This document shows positions 33,986 through 47,940 of a DNA stretch of 64,000 bases, piece after piece; position 1 is the stretch's first letter, and each line of letters begins with the position of its first letter. Below the pieces are notes generated by a model that had not been told where the DNA came from, ran no database searches, and was given only the letters and a program-made list of their open reading frames with translations. Made by a program: the position numbers and the translations under genes. Location: NCBI RefSeq assembly GCF_044704955.1, contig NC_091997.1, positions 67,022,001 to 67,086,000 on the forward strand, read 5' to 3'. Source of the DNA: Pristiophorus japonicus. Lineage: Eukaryota.

Positions 33986-35589
33986 GTGGACGATTGGAAC
34001 GGTGGAATTTCTCCCTTCCCCCAACCGACTATCTCCTTTGCCCCGGGGTCAGGCTTGTTTTCAATATTTTCGACGATGTTGCTAGCTTAAGTTGGGAGCT
34101 CGCTGGGGAGTGGGGTGAGGGGGGGGGGTGTTGGGGGGGTGGGAGGGTGAGGGAGGGATTGGATATTGCTGCGGGATTCTAACACAGCAGCTCAACGTGC
34201 CGGGGATCCCAAACCTCCCAGGAACGAAAATGCCTCTGCTGAAGAATCGTCAAGAAATGTAGGTGGGAGCCTTCACCTGCTGCGTCGCCGTCCGTGTAGT
34301 GGCCTCCTGCAACCCTTTCAAATGCTTTCCCCCCACGTGACGTGTCACCCATTGACACTGGGCGCCCGTTGTATTCAGGGAGACATAACGTCTGGACTGG
34401 GCGAGGTGGGGAAAATGGGAGATGTGAGATCCCTTTGTGGTCGGTGCCTGACCTGAACAGCGCCGGTCCGTACCTGGGAGGCCATTGGGCGCAGGTGAGA
34501 CCGGAAAATCTCACGGAAGTAGAAATTGTCGAAGATTGAGTCGACTGGGCCCATTACTCGCTGGAGTTTAGAAGAATGAGAGGTGCTCTCATTGAAACAA
34601 GATTCTGAGGGGACTTGACAGGGTAGATGCAGGGAGGATGTTTCCCCCCGGGCTGGGGAGTCTAGAACCAGGGGTCACACAGTCTCAGGATAAGGGGTCG
34701 GCCATTTAGGACGGAGATGAGGAGAAATTTCTTCACTCAGAGGGTGGTGAACCTTTGGAATTCTCTGCCCCAGAGGGCTGTGGAGGCTCAGTCGCTGAGT
34801 ATATTCAAGGCTGAGATCGATAGATTTTTGGACTCGAGGGGAATCGAGGGATATGCGGATCGGGCGGGAAAGTGGAGTTGAGGTCGAAGATCAGCCGTGG
34901 TCTCACTGAATGGCGGAGCAGGCTCGAGGGGCCGAATGGCAACTCTTGCTCCTATGTCCCATGCTGCCTTTCAACTGCAGTGGTGAAACAGTGGGAAATT
35001 CTTGGCCCAATGCTGTTGCATCTCAAAAAATATTTTATACCGGGCTCTTACTCCCTTCAGAAGTGCAAGAAGGAGGCTTGGTAACCTAGCAACCGTATCC
35101 CACCTCAGATGGGTGCCTGTGCTGTGACTATACAAATTGAGTCAGGTGGCAATGACAACAACTTGTATTTATATAGCGCCTTTAACGTAGTAAAACGTCC
35201 CAGGGCGCTTCACAGGAGTGTCATAAAACAAAATTTGACACCGAGCCACATAAGGAGAAATTAGGGCAGGTGACCAAAAGCTTGGTCAAAGAGGTAGGTT
35301 TTAAGGAGCATGTTAAAAGAGGAGAGAGAGGTAGAGAGGCGGAGAGGTTTAGGGAGGGAGTTCCAGAGCTAGGGGCCCAGGCAGCTGAAGGCACGGCCAC
35401 CGATGGTGGAGCGATTATAATCAGGGATGCTCAAGAGGGCAGAATTAGAGGAGCGCAGACATCTCGGGGGGTTGTGGGGCTGGAGGAGATTACAGAGATA
35501 GGGAGGGGCGAGGGCCATGGAGGGGTTTGAAAACAAGGATGAGAATTTTGAAATCGAGGCGTTGCTTAACCGGGAGCCAATGTAGGTCA

Positions 35590-36757
35590 GCGAGCACAGG
35601 GGGTGTGATGGGTGAGCGGGACTCGGTATGAGTTAGGACATGGGGCAGCGAACACAGGGGGCGATGGGTGAGTGGGACTCGGTGCGAGTTAGAATACGGG
35701 GCACAGGGGGTGATGGGTGAGCGGGATTTGGTGCGAGTTAGGACATGGGGCAGCGAGCACAGGGGGTGATGGGTGAGCGGGACTTGGTGCGAGTTAGGAC
35801 ATGGGGCAGTGAGCACAGGGGGCGATGGGTGAGCGGGACTCGGTGCAAGTTAGGACATGGGGCAGTGAGCACAGGAGGTGATGGGTGAGCGGGACTCGGT
35901 GCGAGTTAGGACATGGGGCAATGAGCACAGGAGGTGATGGGTGAGCGGGACTCGGTGCGAGTTAGGACACGGGGCAGCGAGTACAGGGGGTGATGGGTGA
36001 GCGGGATTTGCTGTGAGTTAGGACACGGGGCAGCGAGCACAGGGGGTGATGGGTGAGCGGGACTCGGTGCGAGTTAGGACATGGGGCAGCGAACACAGGG
36101 GGTGATGGGTGAGCGGGACTCGGTGCGAGTTAGGACACGGGGCAGTGAGCACAGAGGGTGATGGGTGAGCGGGACTCGGTGCGAGTTAGGACATGGGGCA
36201 GTGAGCACAGAGGGTGATGGGTGAGCGGGACTCGGTGCGAGTTAGGACATGGGGCAGTGAGCACAGAGGGTGATGGGTGAGCGGGACTCGGTGCGAGTTA
36301 GGACATGGGGCAATGAGCACAGGAGGTGATGGGTGAGCGGGACTCGGTGCGAGTTAGGACACGGGGCAGCGAGTACAGGGGGTGATGGGTGAGCGGGATT
36401 TGCTGTGAGTTAGGACACGGGGCAGCGAGCACAGGGGGTGATGGGTGAGCGGGACTCGGTGCGAGTTAGGACATGGGGCAGCGAACACAGGGGGTGATGG
36501 GTGAGCGGGACTCGGTGCGAGTTAGGACATGGGGCAGTGAGCACAGAGGGTGATGGGTGAGCGGGACTCGGTGCGAGTTAGGACATGGGGCAGTGAGCAC
36601 AGAGGGTGATGGGTGAGCGGGACTCGGTGCGAGTTAGGACATGGGGCAGTGAGCACAGAGGGTGATGGGTGAGCGGGACTCGGTGCGAGTTAGGACATGG
36701 GGCAGTGAGCACAGGGGGTGATGGGTGAGCGGGACTTGGTGTGAGTTAGGACACGGT
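35590..36757. repeat. Minisatellite, about 56-bp unit, about 21 copies, inside an L2-like LINE fragment spanning about 35155-36880 (minus)
   Basis: Unit GAGCACAGGGGGTGATGGGTGAGCGGGACTCGGTGCGAGTTAGGACATGGGGCAGC; flanks translate to an L2-like RT C-terminus (LIHAFVTSRL...HWLPVKQRLDFKIL). Confidence 0.93.
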
Positions 36758-38823
36758 GCAGCCGAGTTTCGGATGATCTCAAGTTTACGTAGGGTAGAAT
36801 GTGGGAGGCCACTCAGGAGTGTGTTGGAATAGGCAAGCCTGGAGGTAACAAAGGCATGGATGAGGGCTTCAATCAGCAATGTACTCTATGTGAGAGGCAT
36901 ACAGAGTGAGTGGTAGTTACATAGAAGGGCAGGACGATAGAAGAAAAGGGAGAGAGGGGATGAGTGAGAAAAATAGTCACCGACAGGTAGCAGACTAGAC
37001 ACGAGAAAGGGTGTGAGAGCTGTATAGAAAGAGAGAGACAGAATGAATGGAAAGAAAAGAGGAGAGAAGGGGAAAACAAATTTTACCAAGTCGGAGAGAG
37101 AAGCAGAGAGAAAGTCCGAGAGACAATTTTGTTTTAATTTTGCCCGTGGAGAATGCCACAAGAGATCAACGAGTTTGCAGTGAAGAAGTAATTACATTCT
37201 GTCTTCAGGCAATTGGCCCTGGTATGAACATTCTCAGTCTTATTCTTTTGCATCTTTTTAAATGAGCTTCATCCTACGTTTTTCAAAGATACCATTCATG
37301 GGGAAAGTGCTTCCTCTGCAGGCTGTCTGTTAACCAGAAGATTTACACAGGCTGGTGAAATTGTGAACCATTTTCGCGATTATCCTATGCCCATCGTCAT
37401 CATCATAGGCGGTCCCTCGTATCGAGGATAACTTGCTTCCACGCCAAAAAGGGATGTGTTCACAGATGTTTCAATGAAGGACCTAATATTCGGATCCCGA
37501 ACTACATCCTGAAGGGTGGAAGATGCCTGTGGGTGGACTTTTTTAACGTGGGGTGGCCGTTGCACACCAGCCACCACACGGGGCTTGACAGAGCGAGGTC
37601 TTGGTCCAGTGGCAAGGGTTAACCAGGACGACTGGAGACCTGCTCTGCTGCACGGACCCAGTGCGCCCACATATCGCAGTGTGGGCTGGGCCCGTGCTGC
37701 CCCTGGGCCCTCGCCTCTCGCCTATCCTGAGCCCTGATCACATCACTCCATGATCAGTCGCCACTCCTTCGCCCCAACCCCAACATGTAGCTAGCAACCA
37801 CAACAGCTTGCATTTATATAGCGCCTTTAAAGTGGTAAAACGTCCCAAGGCGCTTCACAGGAGCGTTATCAAACAAAATTTGACACCGGACCACATAATG
37901 CGATATTAAGACTGATGACCAAAAGCTTGGTCAAAGAGGTAGTTTTTCAGAAGCGTCTTAAACGAGGAAAGGGAGGCGGCGGTATAGGGAGGAATTCTTG
38001 AGCATCCCTGATTATAATCGCTCCACCATCGGTGGCCGTGCCTTCTGTTGCCTGGGCCCCAAGCTCTGGAACTCCCTCCCTAAACCTCTCTGCCTCGCTA
38101 CCTCTCTTTCCTCCTTGACGATGCTCCTTAAAACCTACCTCTTTGACCAAGCTTTTGGTCACCTGCCCTAATTTCTTCTCATGTGACTCAGTGTCAATTT
38201 TTTTTTCCTTGCAACACTGCTGTGAAGCGCCTTGAGACATTAAAGGCGCTATATAAATACAAGTTGTTGCTACTTTCAGTTGGGAATTTCTACTTTTATC
38301 TTTCTTTGTCCCTTTCCATAACTACTTTAAACCTAGTTATATTATGATCGCTATTACCGCGATGTCCTCACACACTCCACTTGACCTGCTTCATTCCTCA
38401 TTGGGCTAGAAACATACTGATTAAGAAAGTTCTCCTGCACACATTTTAGGAATTCAGCACCCTCCTGCCCCTTTACACTGTGTCCCCCAGTCTGTATTAG
38501 GGAGATCGAAGTCCCCTACTATTACTGATCCATTATATAAATACAACTCATTGTTGTTGAGCTACTGTGAAACTTCCCGATACATCTCGCGAATTTCACT
38601 TCAAAATATTGAGTACGAAGAGCTCATTTTATATTACCAGGAAGCGCCAAAAGATATAATTTTCCTTGAAAGGGTACAAGTGCTGCATCTTTGATGAGTT
38701 CTGTGGGCTAGAGATTTGTCTCGGGCGGTGGGGCTGAGCGGGCAGTATTGGTTCATAGAAACATAGAAAATAGGAGCAGGAGTCTGCCATTCGGCCCTTC
38801 GAATCTGCACCGCCATTCAATGT

Positions 38824-39305
38824 TGTTATGTATGCATGCCAATGATGTAATGATGTACTGTAACACTAGACCTGAATGTACCTTCAGCCTGTATATACCT
38901 TACCTGTACACCAGAGGGTGCTGCTGCCGGAGACCTAAGGTCTATGAGTTGTCTCCTTGGTTGTCTTTGTTGCTTCAGTCCGGTTTTCTGGTTGGATCCA
39001 TTTTGGTCCCTTCGAAAGTAACCTTGTTTTTCACACCTTCCTGCACCATTCGGTGCTGAATTTAATATAAAAACCCTGAAGCACAGCGCGGAGACTGCGG
39101 AGCCGAAGACCTTGGAACCCTTTTTCCACCAGGAGAAAGAATCCAATGATCAAGGAAGTCAGACTGCAGGTAACCCAGTATAAAAGGGAGCTCACCTCTT
39201 GGTGTCCTCACTCTAGGAGCTGCAATAAGGGACTAAGGTCACTACAGTTCAAGTGCCATACCCTTGTCTCATGGAGTCATCAACAGAGTGCCTACATACA
39301 CAATA
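38824..39305 (+). mobile_element. Second solo-LTR family (possibly Gypsy) inserted in a CR1 3' end
   Basis: TGTTATGTAT start, TATAAAA at about 39179, flanks AATGT (38819-38823) and AATAT (39306-39310); host CR1 ccattcaat...gatcatgg resumes after it. Confidence 0.6.
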
Positions 39306-40819
39306 AATATGATCATGGTTGATCCTCTATCTCAACACCATATTCCCACTTTCTCCCCATACCCCTTGATGCCTTTTGTGTCTAGAAATCTATCTATCTC
39401 CCTCTTAAATATATTCAGTGACTTGGCCTCCACAGCCTTCTGTGGTAGAGAATTCCACAGGTTCACCACCCTCTGAGTGAAGAAATTTCTCCTCATCTCG
39501 GTCCTAAATTTCCTATCCCGTATCCTGAGACTGTGTGACCCCTTGTTCTAGACTTCCCAGCCCCGGGGAAACATCCTCCCCGCATCCAGTCTATCCAACC
39601 CCGTCAGAATTTTATACGTTTCAATGAGATCCCCTCTAATTCTTCTAAACTCTAGTGAATACAGACCTAGTCAACCCAGTAAGTGGAGCTGAGTCCACGG
39701 CCAGATCAGCCGTGATCTTGTTGAATGGTGGAGCAGGCTCGAGGGGCTAGATGGCCTACTCCTGTTCCTAATTCTTATGTTCTTATATTCTTATGTTCTT
39801 ATTAATGTTGGGGAAGTCCAGAACCAGGGGTCACAGTCTAAGGATAAGGGGTAAGCCATTTAGGACCGAGATGAGGAGAAACTTCTTCACCCAGAGAGTG
39901 GTGAACCTGTGGAATTCTCTACCACAGAAAGTTGTTGAGGCCAATTCACTAAATATATTCAAAAAGGAGTTAGATGTAGTCCTTACTACTCGGGGGATCA
40001 AGGGGTATGGCGAAAAATCAGGAATGAGGTACTGAAGTTGCCTGTTCAGCCATGAACTCATTGAATGGCGGTGCAGGCTCGAAGTGCCGAATGGCCTACT
40101 CCAGCACCTATTTTCTATGTTTCTATGTTTCAAATCTCTCCTCATACAACAGTCCTGCCATCCCAGGAATCAGTCTGGTGAACCTTCGCTGCACTCCCTC
40201 TATGGCAAGTATATCTTTCCTTAGGTAAGGAGACCCAAACTGCACAGGCTCAGCAGGCCCTTGTGCGTGGCACCTGGTGTTCAGTTCCATTGGCGGCGTA
40301 TAACGGGCGTTTGATCCGACACCGCCCGTTTAACGCCATCGCCCGAGACACACTTCAAGCCCCGGGTGTTTTGCGGGGCAGTTGATGCAGGCGGCTGATA
40401 TAATGTGGGGCAAGTATAGGTCAGTATGAGGAGGTGCGTTTTGGTAATCGCAATAAGGAGGCCACCTACTCCTTGGGAAAATAAGTGTCTGCGTGGGGTA
40501 GAGGAGCAAAGAGATCGAGTGCTACAGATTCACAAATCACTGAAAGTAGCGACACAGGTTAACAAAGAAAAAGACTTGCTTTTATATAGCGCCTTTCACG
40601 ACCACCGGACGTCTCAAAGCGCTTTACAGCCAATGAAGTACGTTTTGAAGTGTAGTCACGGTTGTAATGTGGGAATAATAACAAGGCCAGGACACATGCG
40701 GACCAAGCACTGAGGTTCATTTATAGAGGAATAGAATTGAAGAGAAGAGAAGATATGTTAAAATAACCTTGCTTAGAGCACAGCGCACAGTTCTGTGCTC
40801 CATATCACAAAAATGATAT

Positions 40820-41275
40820 AGAAAGAAAGACTTGCATATATATAGCGCTTTTCACAACCAGTGGACAGCATTTTACAGCCAATGAAGTAAACTTGGAGTG
40901 TAGCCACTGTTGTAATATACGAAACGCAGCAGCCAATCTGCGCACAGCAAGCTCCCACACACAGCAATGTGATAATGACCAGATCATCTGTTTTAGTGAT
41001 GTTGATTGAGGGATAAATATTGGCCCCAGGACACCAGGGATAACTCCCCTGCTCCTCTTCGAAATAGTGCTATGGGATCTTTCATGTCCACTTGAGAGCG
41101 CAGACAGGGCCTGGGTTTAACATCTCATCCGAGAGACGGCACCTCCAACAGTGCAGCACTCCCTCAGTACTGCACTGGAGTACCAGCCTCGATTTGTGTG
41201 TTCAAGTTCCTGGAGTGGGATTTGAACCCATGATCTTCTGACTCAGAGGCGAGGATGCTGCCCTCTGAGCCATGG
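40820..41275 (-). mobile_element. SacSINE1/DeuSINE-like SINE; further copies near 54607-55040 and 60718-61095
   Basis: Same sequence family as 18073-18520. Confidence 0.75.
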
Positions 41276-44200
41276 CCGACACTATAACTGATACAGAGCA
41301 ATGAGCCCTCTTATTTGCGGACTAAGTGCGCGGTCCCTTTACATTAGCCGCGTGGTATCTCCCAGCGGCAGCAGACAATGAGCAGCTTGCGCGGGACCTC
41401 CCATTGGCGCACGGCCGCAGGGGGAACATTGCCACAGAGGCTCTGGAGAAGGTGCGAAAAAGATTTACAAGGGTGATAACAGAACTGAGAGGTTATAACC
41501 ATCAGGAAAGTCTCAGCAGGCTGGGCTCTTGTCTCCAGAAAAGGCAAGGCTGAGGGAGTGACCCGATAGGGGTCTTTTAAATGATGAAAGGGTTGATAGG
41601 GTAGATGTAGAGAAAGTGTTTCCACTTGTGGGCGAGACCAAAACTAAGGCCCATAATTATAAGATGGTCATCAATAAATCCAATGGGGAATTCAGGAGAA
41701 ACTTCTTTACCCAGAGAGCGGTGAGAATGTGGAACTTGCTGTCACAGGGAGGGGTTGAGGCGAATAGTATCGATGTATTTAAGCATATGAATGAGAAAGG
41801 AATAGAAGGGTATGGCTCAGTGTGTAGCATACTCACCTCTGAGTGGATGCAGAGAGGATATTTCCACTCATAGCAGGAACTAAAACTAGGGGACCTGGTC
41901 TCAGAATAAGGGGTCGCCCATTTAAAACTGAGATGAGGAGGAATTTCTTCTCTCAGAGGGTTGTAAATCTGTGGAATTTTTTGCCCCAGAGAGCTGTGGA
42001 GGCTGGGTCATTGAATATATTTAAGGCAGAGGTAGACAGATTTTTGAGTGATAAGGGAGTGAAGGATTATGGGGAGCGGGCAGGGAAGTGGAGCTGAGCC
42101 CATGATCAGATCAGCCATGATCTTATTGAATGGCGGAGCAGGCTCGAGGGGCCGAATGGCCGACTCCTGCTCCTATTTCTTATGTTCTTATGCTGCTGGG
42201 GTGAGATGAAGAGGGGCGGGAGGAGGCTGGTGTGGAGCATAAACCCCGGCACGGACCTGTTGGGTGGGCTGTTTCTGTGCCGCATATCCTATGTAATGCT
42301 TGGTCAGTCACATGCTGGTCAGACCTGCCACCTTCCCTGTGCTTTCAAGGTGCTGTAAAGGAATAGAAATACAGGAATTTATCTTTGAAAGTGCACACAA
42401 AAGGTTTGTTAGGATGTGTGTGCATAGATGTGAGAATTTTAATATGTATTTAAATGATACAAATATTTTTATATGAATTGATGACACTGAAATATTCTGA
42501 ATATGAATTGCAGAAGCCAATAGATGTATAAGGACTGCGTGGGAAGGGGGCCAAATAATTTCCTAATGCCTTAACTTCCATCAGCCACAGTTTAAAATTC
42601 TCCACTAATACTGCGATATAGATTTTGACAGAAAAGAACCATCTGTTGGGGTTGAATGATGTTAATGCACATTGGATTGTCATGAAGGGATGCTAGTTTG
42701 GAGGGATTAATGTCAGCATTATACTTCACAAAGGCCATAGAGCGACTTTAAACAACATGTTCACCATGGCTCACGTTGCGTTGTATGTGGGGCATCTGAA
42801 GAAATGATTTTGGGAGCGATTGTGCTGGTCCTGTTCCTCATGCCGACATAAAGTAGAGTTGAGCAGAAAGTTTTGCAATATTGGCAAGCAGCGCTATTTA
42901 TTTTTAATATTCATTCTCGGGATGTGGGTGTCGCTGGCAGGGCCAGCATTTATTGCCCATCCCTAATTGCCCCTTGAGAAGGTGGTGGTGGTGAGCCGCC
43001 TTCTTGAACCGCTGCAGTCCGTGTGGTGAAGGTGCTCCCACAGTGCTGTTAGGGAGGGAGTTCCAGGATTGTGACCCAGCAACGATGAGGGAACGGCCGA
43101 TATATTTCCAAGTTGGGATGGTGTGTGACTTGGAGGGGAACGTGGAGGTGGTGGTGTTCCCATGCGCCTGCTGCCCTTGTCTTTCTTGGTGGTAGAGGTC
43201 GCGGGTTTGGGAGGTGCTGCCGAAGAAGCCTTGGTGAGTTGCTGCAGTGCATCTTGTAGATGGTGCACACTGCAGTCACGGTGCGCCGGTGGTGGAGGGA
43301 GTGAGTGTTGAAGGTGGTGGGTAGCGTGCCCATCGAGCGGGCTGCTTTGTCCTGGATGTTGATCGAACCTCTTGTGTGTTGTTGGAGCTGCACTCATCCA
43401 GGCAAAGAATAATCATGGCAGGTCACATTTAAATATATTGATATCATCTAAATAAGATGGCTGTGGGTAATAATTGAAGTAAGCACCAAGCTGTAGTCAG
43501 AATCCCTGCAGTTTAAAGCAAAAGGGTTTCCTTAGCTTTCACAGACACTGGGGGTGAAAGGTGAGCATCAACTCTAATTGGGCGTTCATGTAAGGGTTAG
43601 GGCATCGGCAGCCCATTTTATCCTCACCCAACTTTTTTTTCCAGGTTGAATTTCATCTCCACTGTGTCTTATTCAGGGTACAAGTGGGCCGGGCTATCTC
43701 AACAACAACAACTTGCATTTATACGGCGCCTTTAACATTGTAAGACGTCCCAAGGTGCTTCAGAGGAGCGATTACCAAACAAGAGTTGACACTGAGACAC
43801 ACAAGGAGATATTAGGACAGGTGACCAAAAGCTCCGTCACCGTGGTGGGTTTTAAGGAGCGCCTTAAAAGAAGAGAGAGAGGCGGAGAGGTTTAGGGAGG
43901 GAATTCCAGAGCTTAGGGCACAGGCAGCTGAAGGCACGGCCGCCGATGGTCAAGCGATTAAAATCGGGGAATGCGCAAGAGGTCTGAATTGGAGGAGCGC
44001 AGAGATCTCGGAGGGTTGTGGGGCTGGTGGAGGTTACAGAGATAGGGAGGGGGCGAGGCCATGGAGGGATTTGAGCACAAACCTGTGACATAGCTGCTTC
44101 AGTGAGTAAATGCACCGGCCAGATATGGTACGGAGTGCCACAGAGACCACAAAGGTCCACGTTTGGATCGCCAGTCTGTACTGAGTGCACTGATCTTGGC

Positions 44201-45309
44201 TAGTGCTGCAATAGAGGCAACACCATTGATTATAGTCTTCTTTTTAACCAGTTATTGTTACATTACCAAGCTCTGTGTTGATTTTAATCTTTATGATTGC
44301 TTGTCCCTTCACCCTATAAATCATCTCTGCAGTTATTAACTCACAAAACACATTAACATATTTCTCATTGGTTACTGATGCCAAGAATCTAATCAGCATG
44401 GAGTTGACATGGAATTCGTGATTTGATGTCACAGAACACAACTGATTTTCCCATCCATTTCCGAAAAACACACAGCCTCTAATGAGGCACATGTCACAGA
44501 TAAATTGAGAGATGAGATGAGCCGGACACTCCATGGTCCAATATGCTAAAATGTATTGAAATAATAACGTTTTATCTCCTGCTCTAGCTCAGTTATTGTC
44601 GGATGGGCGATGCTCTCGTTCCATTAAAACCCTTTGTGTCTTTATCGATATCACTGTGGGGATTGTTGCACTCCGTATTCCTTTCTTGTTCCTCATCAGT
44701 TCTAGATGCATCGTCCTTTGCATCATTCTTCCCCCCTGCATTCATTGAAACATAGAAAATAGGTGCCGGATTAGGCCATTCGGCCCTTTGAGCCTGCACC
44801 ACCATTCAATATGATCATGGCTGATCATGCAACTTCAGTACCCCTTTCCTGCTTTCTCTCCATACCCCCTGATCCCTTTAGCCGTAAGGGCCACATCTAA
44901 CTCCCTTTTGAATATATCCAATCAATTGGCCTCAACAACTTTCTGTGGTAGAGAATTCCACAGGTTCACAACTCTCTGAGTGAAGAAGTTTCCCCTCATC
45001 TCGGTCCTAAATGGCTTACTCCTTATCCTTAGACTGTGACCCGTGGTTCTGGACTTCCCCAACATCGGGAACATTCTTCCTGCATCTAATCTGTCCAATC
45101 CCGTCACACTCTCTTGAAGACTAATCATAGCGACTCCAACTCAAACTTATTTTTCTCTAGGACTTCAAAACTGTGGCTCTCCTCACCACCCTCAGTCCTC
45201 CCTTTCTGCTCCCATTGACAAGTTTCTAAACCCCAATCCTGCTGTCACCTAATTGCTTCTTCTGGATTTTTCTCGTCTTCTTTCCCACTCTTTTCAACAT
45301 TGATCGGTT

Positions 45310-47940
45310 TTTATATTCGTTCCTGGGATGTGGGCGTTGCTGGCAAGGCCGGCATTTATTGCCCATCCCTAATTGCCCCTTGAGAAGGTGGTGGTGAGCC
45401 GCCTTCTTGAACCGCTGCAGTCCGTGTGGTGAAGGTGCTCCCACAGTGCTGTTAGGGAGGGAGTTCCAGAATTTTGACCCAGCGACAATGAAGGAACGGT
45501 GATGAAAATTCCAAATCAGGATAGTGCACGATTTGGAGGGGAACGTGGAGGTGGTGGTGTTCCCATGCGCCTGCTGCCCTTGTCCTTTTAGGTGGTAGAG
45601 GTCACGGGTTTGGGAGGTGCTGCCGAAGAAGCCTTGGCAAGTTGCTGCAGTGCATCTTGTAGATGGTGCACACTGCAGCCACGGTGCGCCGGTGGTGGAG
45701 GGAGTGAATGTTGAAGGTGATCAAGCGGGCTGCTTTGCCCTAGAAACATAGAAAATAGGTGCAGGAGTAGGCCATTCGTCCCTTCGAGCCTGCACTGCCA
45801 TTCAATGAATTCATGGCTGAACATGCAACTTCAGTACCCCATTCCTGCTTTCTCGCCATACCCCTTGATCCCCCTAGTAGTAAGGACTACATCTAACTCC
45901 TTTTTGAATATTTTTAGTGAATTGGCCTCAACAACTTTCTGTGGTAGAGAATTCCACAGGTTCACCACTCTCTGGGTGAAGAAGTTTCTCCTCATCTCGG
46001 TCCTAAATGGCTTACCCCTTATCCTTAGGCTGTGACCCCTGGTTCTGGACTTCCCCAACATTGGGAACATTCTTCCTGCACCTAACCTGTCTAAACCTGT
46101 CAGAATTTTAAACGTTTCTATGAGATCCACTCTCATTCTTCTGAACTCCAGTGAATACAAGCCCAGTTGATCCAGTCTTTCTTGCTATGTCAGTCCTGTC
46201 ATCCCGGGAATCAGTCTGGTGAACCTTCGCTGCACTCCCTCAATAGCAAGAATGTCCTTCCTCAAGTTAGGAGACCAAAACTGTACACAATATTCAAGGT
46301 GTGGCCTCACCAAGGCCCTGTACAACTGTAGTAACACCTCCCTGCCCCTGTACTCAAATCCCCTCGCTATGAAGGCCAACATGCCATTTGCTTTCTTAAC
46401 CGCCTGCTGTACCTGCATGCCAACCTTCAATGACTGATGTACCATGACACCCAGGTCTCGTTGCACCTCCCCTTTTCCTAATCTGTCACCATTCAGATAA
46501 TAGTCTGTCTCTCTGTTTTTACCACCAAAGTGGATAACCTCACATTTATCCACATTATACTTCATCTGCCATGCATTTGCCCCCTCACCTAACCTATCCA
46601 AGTCACTCTGCAGCCTCATAGCATCCTCTTCGCAGCTCACACTGCCACCCAACTTAGTGTCATCCGCAAATTTGGAGATACTACATTTAATCCCCTCGTC
46701 GAAATCATTAATGTACAATGTAAACAGCTGGGGCCCCAGCACAGAACCTTGCGGTACCCCACTAGTCACTGCCTGCCATTCTGAAAAGTACCCATTTACT
46801 CCTACTCTTTGCTTCCTGTCTGACAACCAGTTCTCAATCCACATCAGCACACTACCCCCAATCCCACGTGCTTTAACTTTGCACATTAATCGCTTGTGTG
46901 GGACCTTGTCGAAAGCCTTCTGAAAGTCCAAATACACCACATCAACTGGTTCTCCCTTGTCCACTCAACTGGAAACATCCTCAAAAAATTCCAGAAGATT
47001 TGTCAAGCATGATTTCCCTTTCACAAATCCATGCTGACTTGGACCTATCATTGTCACCTCTTTCCAAATGTGCTGCTATGACATCATTAATAATTGATTC
47101 CATCATTTTACCCACTACCGATGTCAGGCTGACCGGTCTATAATTCCCTGTTTTCTCTCTCACTCCTTTTTTAAAAAGTGGGGTTACATTGGCTACCCTT
47201 CACTCCATCGGAACTGATCCAGTCTATGGAATGTTGGAAAATGACTGTCAATGCATCCGCTATTTCTCAGGCCACCACCTTAAGTACTCTGGGATGCAGT
47301 CCATCAGGCCCTGGGGATTTATCGGCCTTCAATCCCATCAACTTCCCCAACACAATTTCCCGACTAATAAGGATTTCCCTCAGTTCCTCCTTCTTACTAG
47401 ACCCTCTGACCCCTTTTATATTCGGACGGTTGTTTGTGTCCTCCTTAGTGAATACCGTACCAAAGTACTTGTTCAATTGGTCTGCCATTTCTTTGTTCCC
47501 CATTATGACTTCCCCTGATTCTGACTGCAGGGGACCTACGTTTGTCTTTGGATGGTGTCGAGCTTCTTGAGTGTTGTTGGAGCTGCACTCATCCAGGCAA
47601 GTGCAGAGTGTTCCATCACATGCCCGACTTGTGCCTTGTAGATGGTGGGAAGGCCTTGGGAAGTCAAGAGGTGAGACACTTGTCGCAGAATACACAGCCT
47701 CTGATCTGATCTTGTGGTCACAGTATTTATGTGGCTGGCCCAGTTAAGTTTCTGGTCAATGGTAACCCCCAGGATGTTGATGGTGGGGGATTCGGCGATG
47801 AATGTCAAGGAGCGGTGGTTAGATTCTCTCTTGTTGGAGAAAGTCATTGCCTGGCACTTGTGTGGCACAAATGTTACTTGCCATTCATCAGCCCAAGTCT
47901 GAATGTCGTCCAGATCTTGCTGCATGCGGGCATGGACTGT
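45310..47940 (-). mobile_element. Second CR1-like LINE family 3' fragment, host of the nested CR1; further copies near 5225-5755, 42905-43405, 59450-59930 (minus) and 62762-63190 (plus)
   Basis: RT C-terminal peptide QQDLDDIQTWADEWQVTF...LGVTIDQKLNW. Host sequence ctgctttg...gatggtgtcgagcttc resumes on both sides of the insert. Shared 3' UTR across copies. Confidence 0.8.
45741..47548 (-). mobile_element. CR1 LINE 3' fragment, same family as 9337-12810
   Basis: ORF 46185..46964 RT is nearly identical to the 11434..12414 product; tail at 45741; splits an older LINE fragment. Confidence 0.93.
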
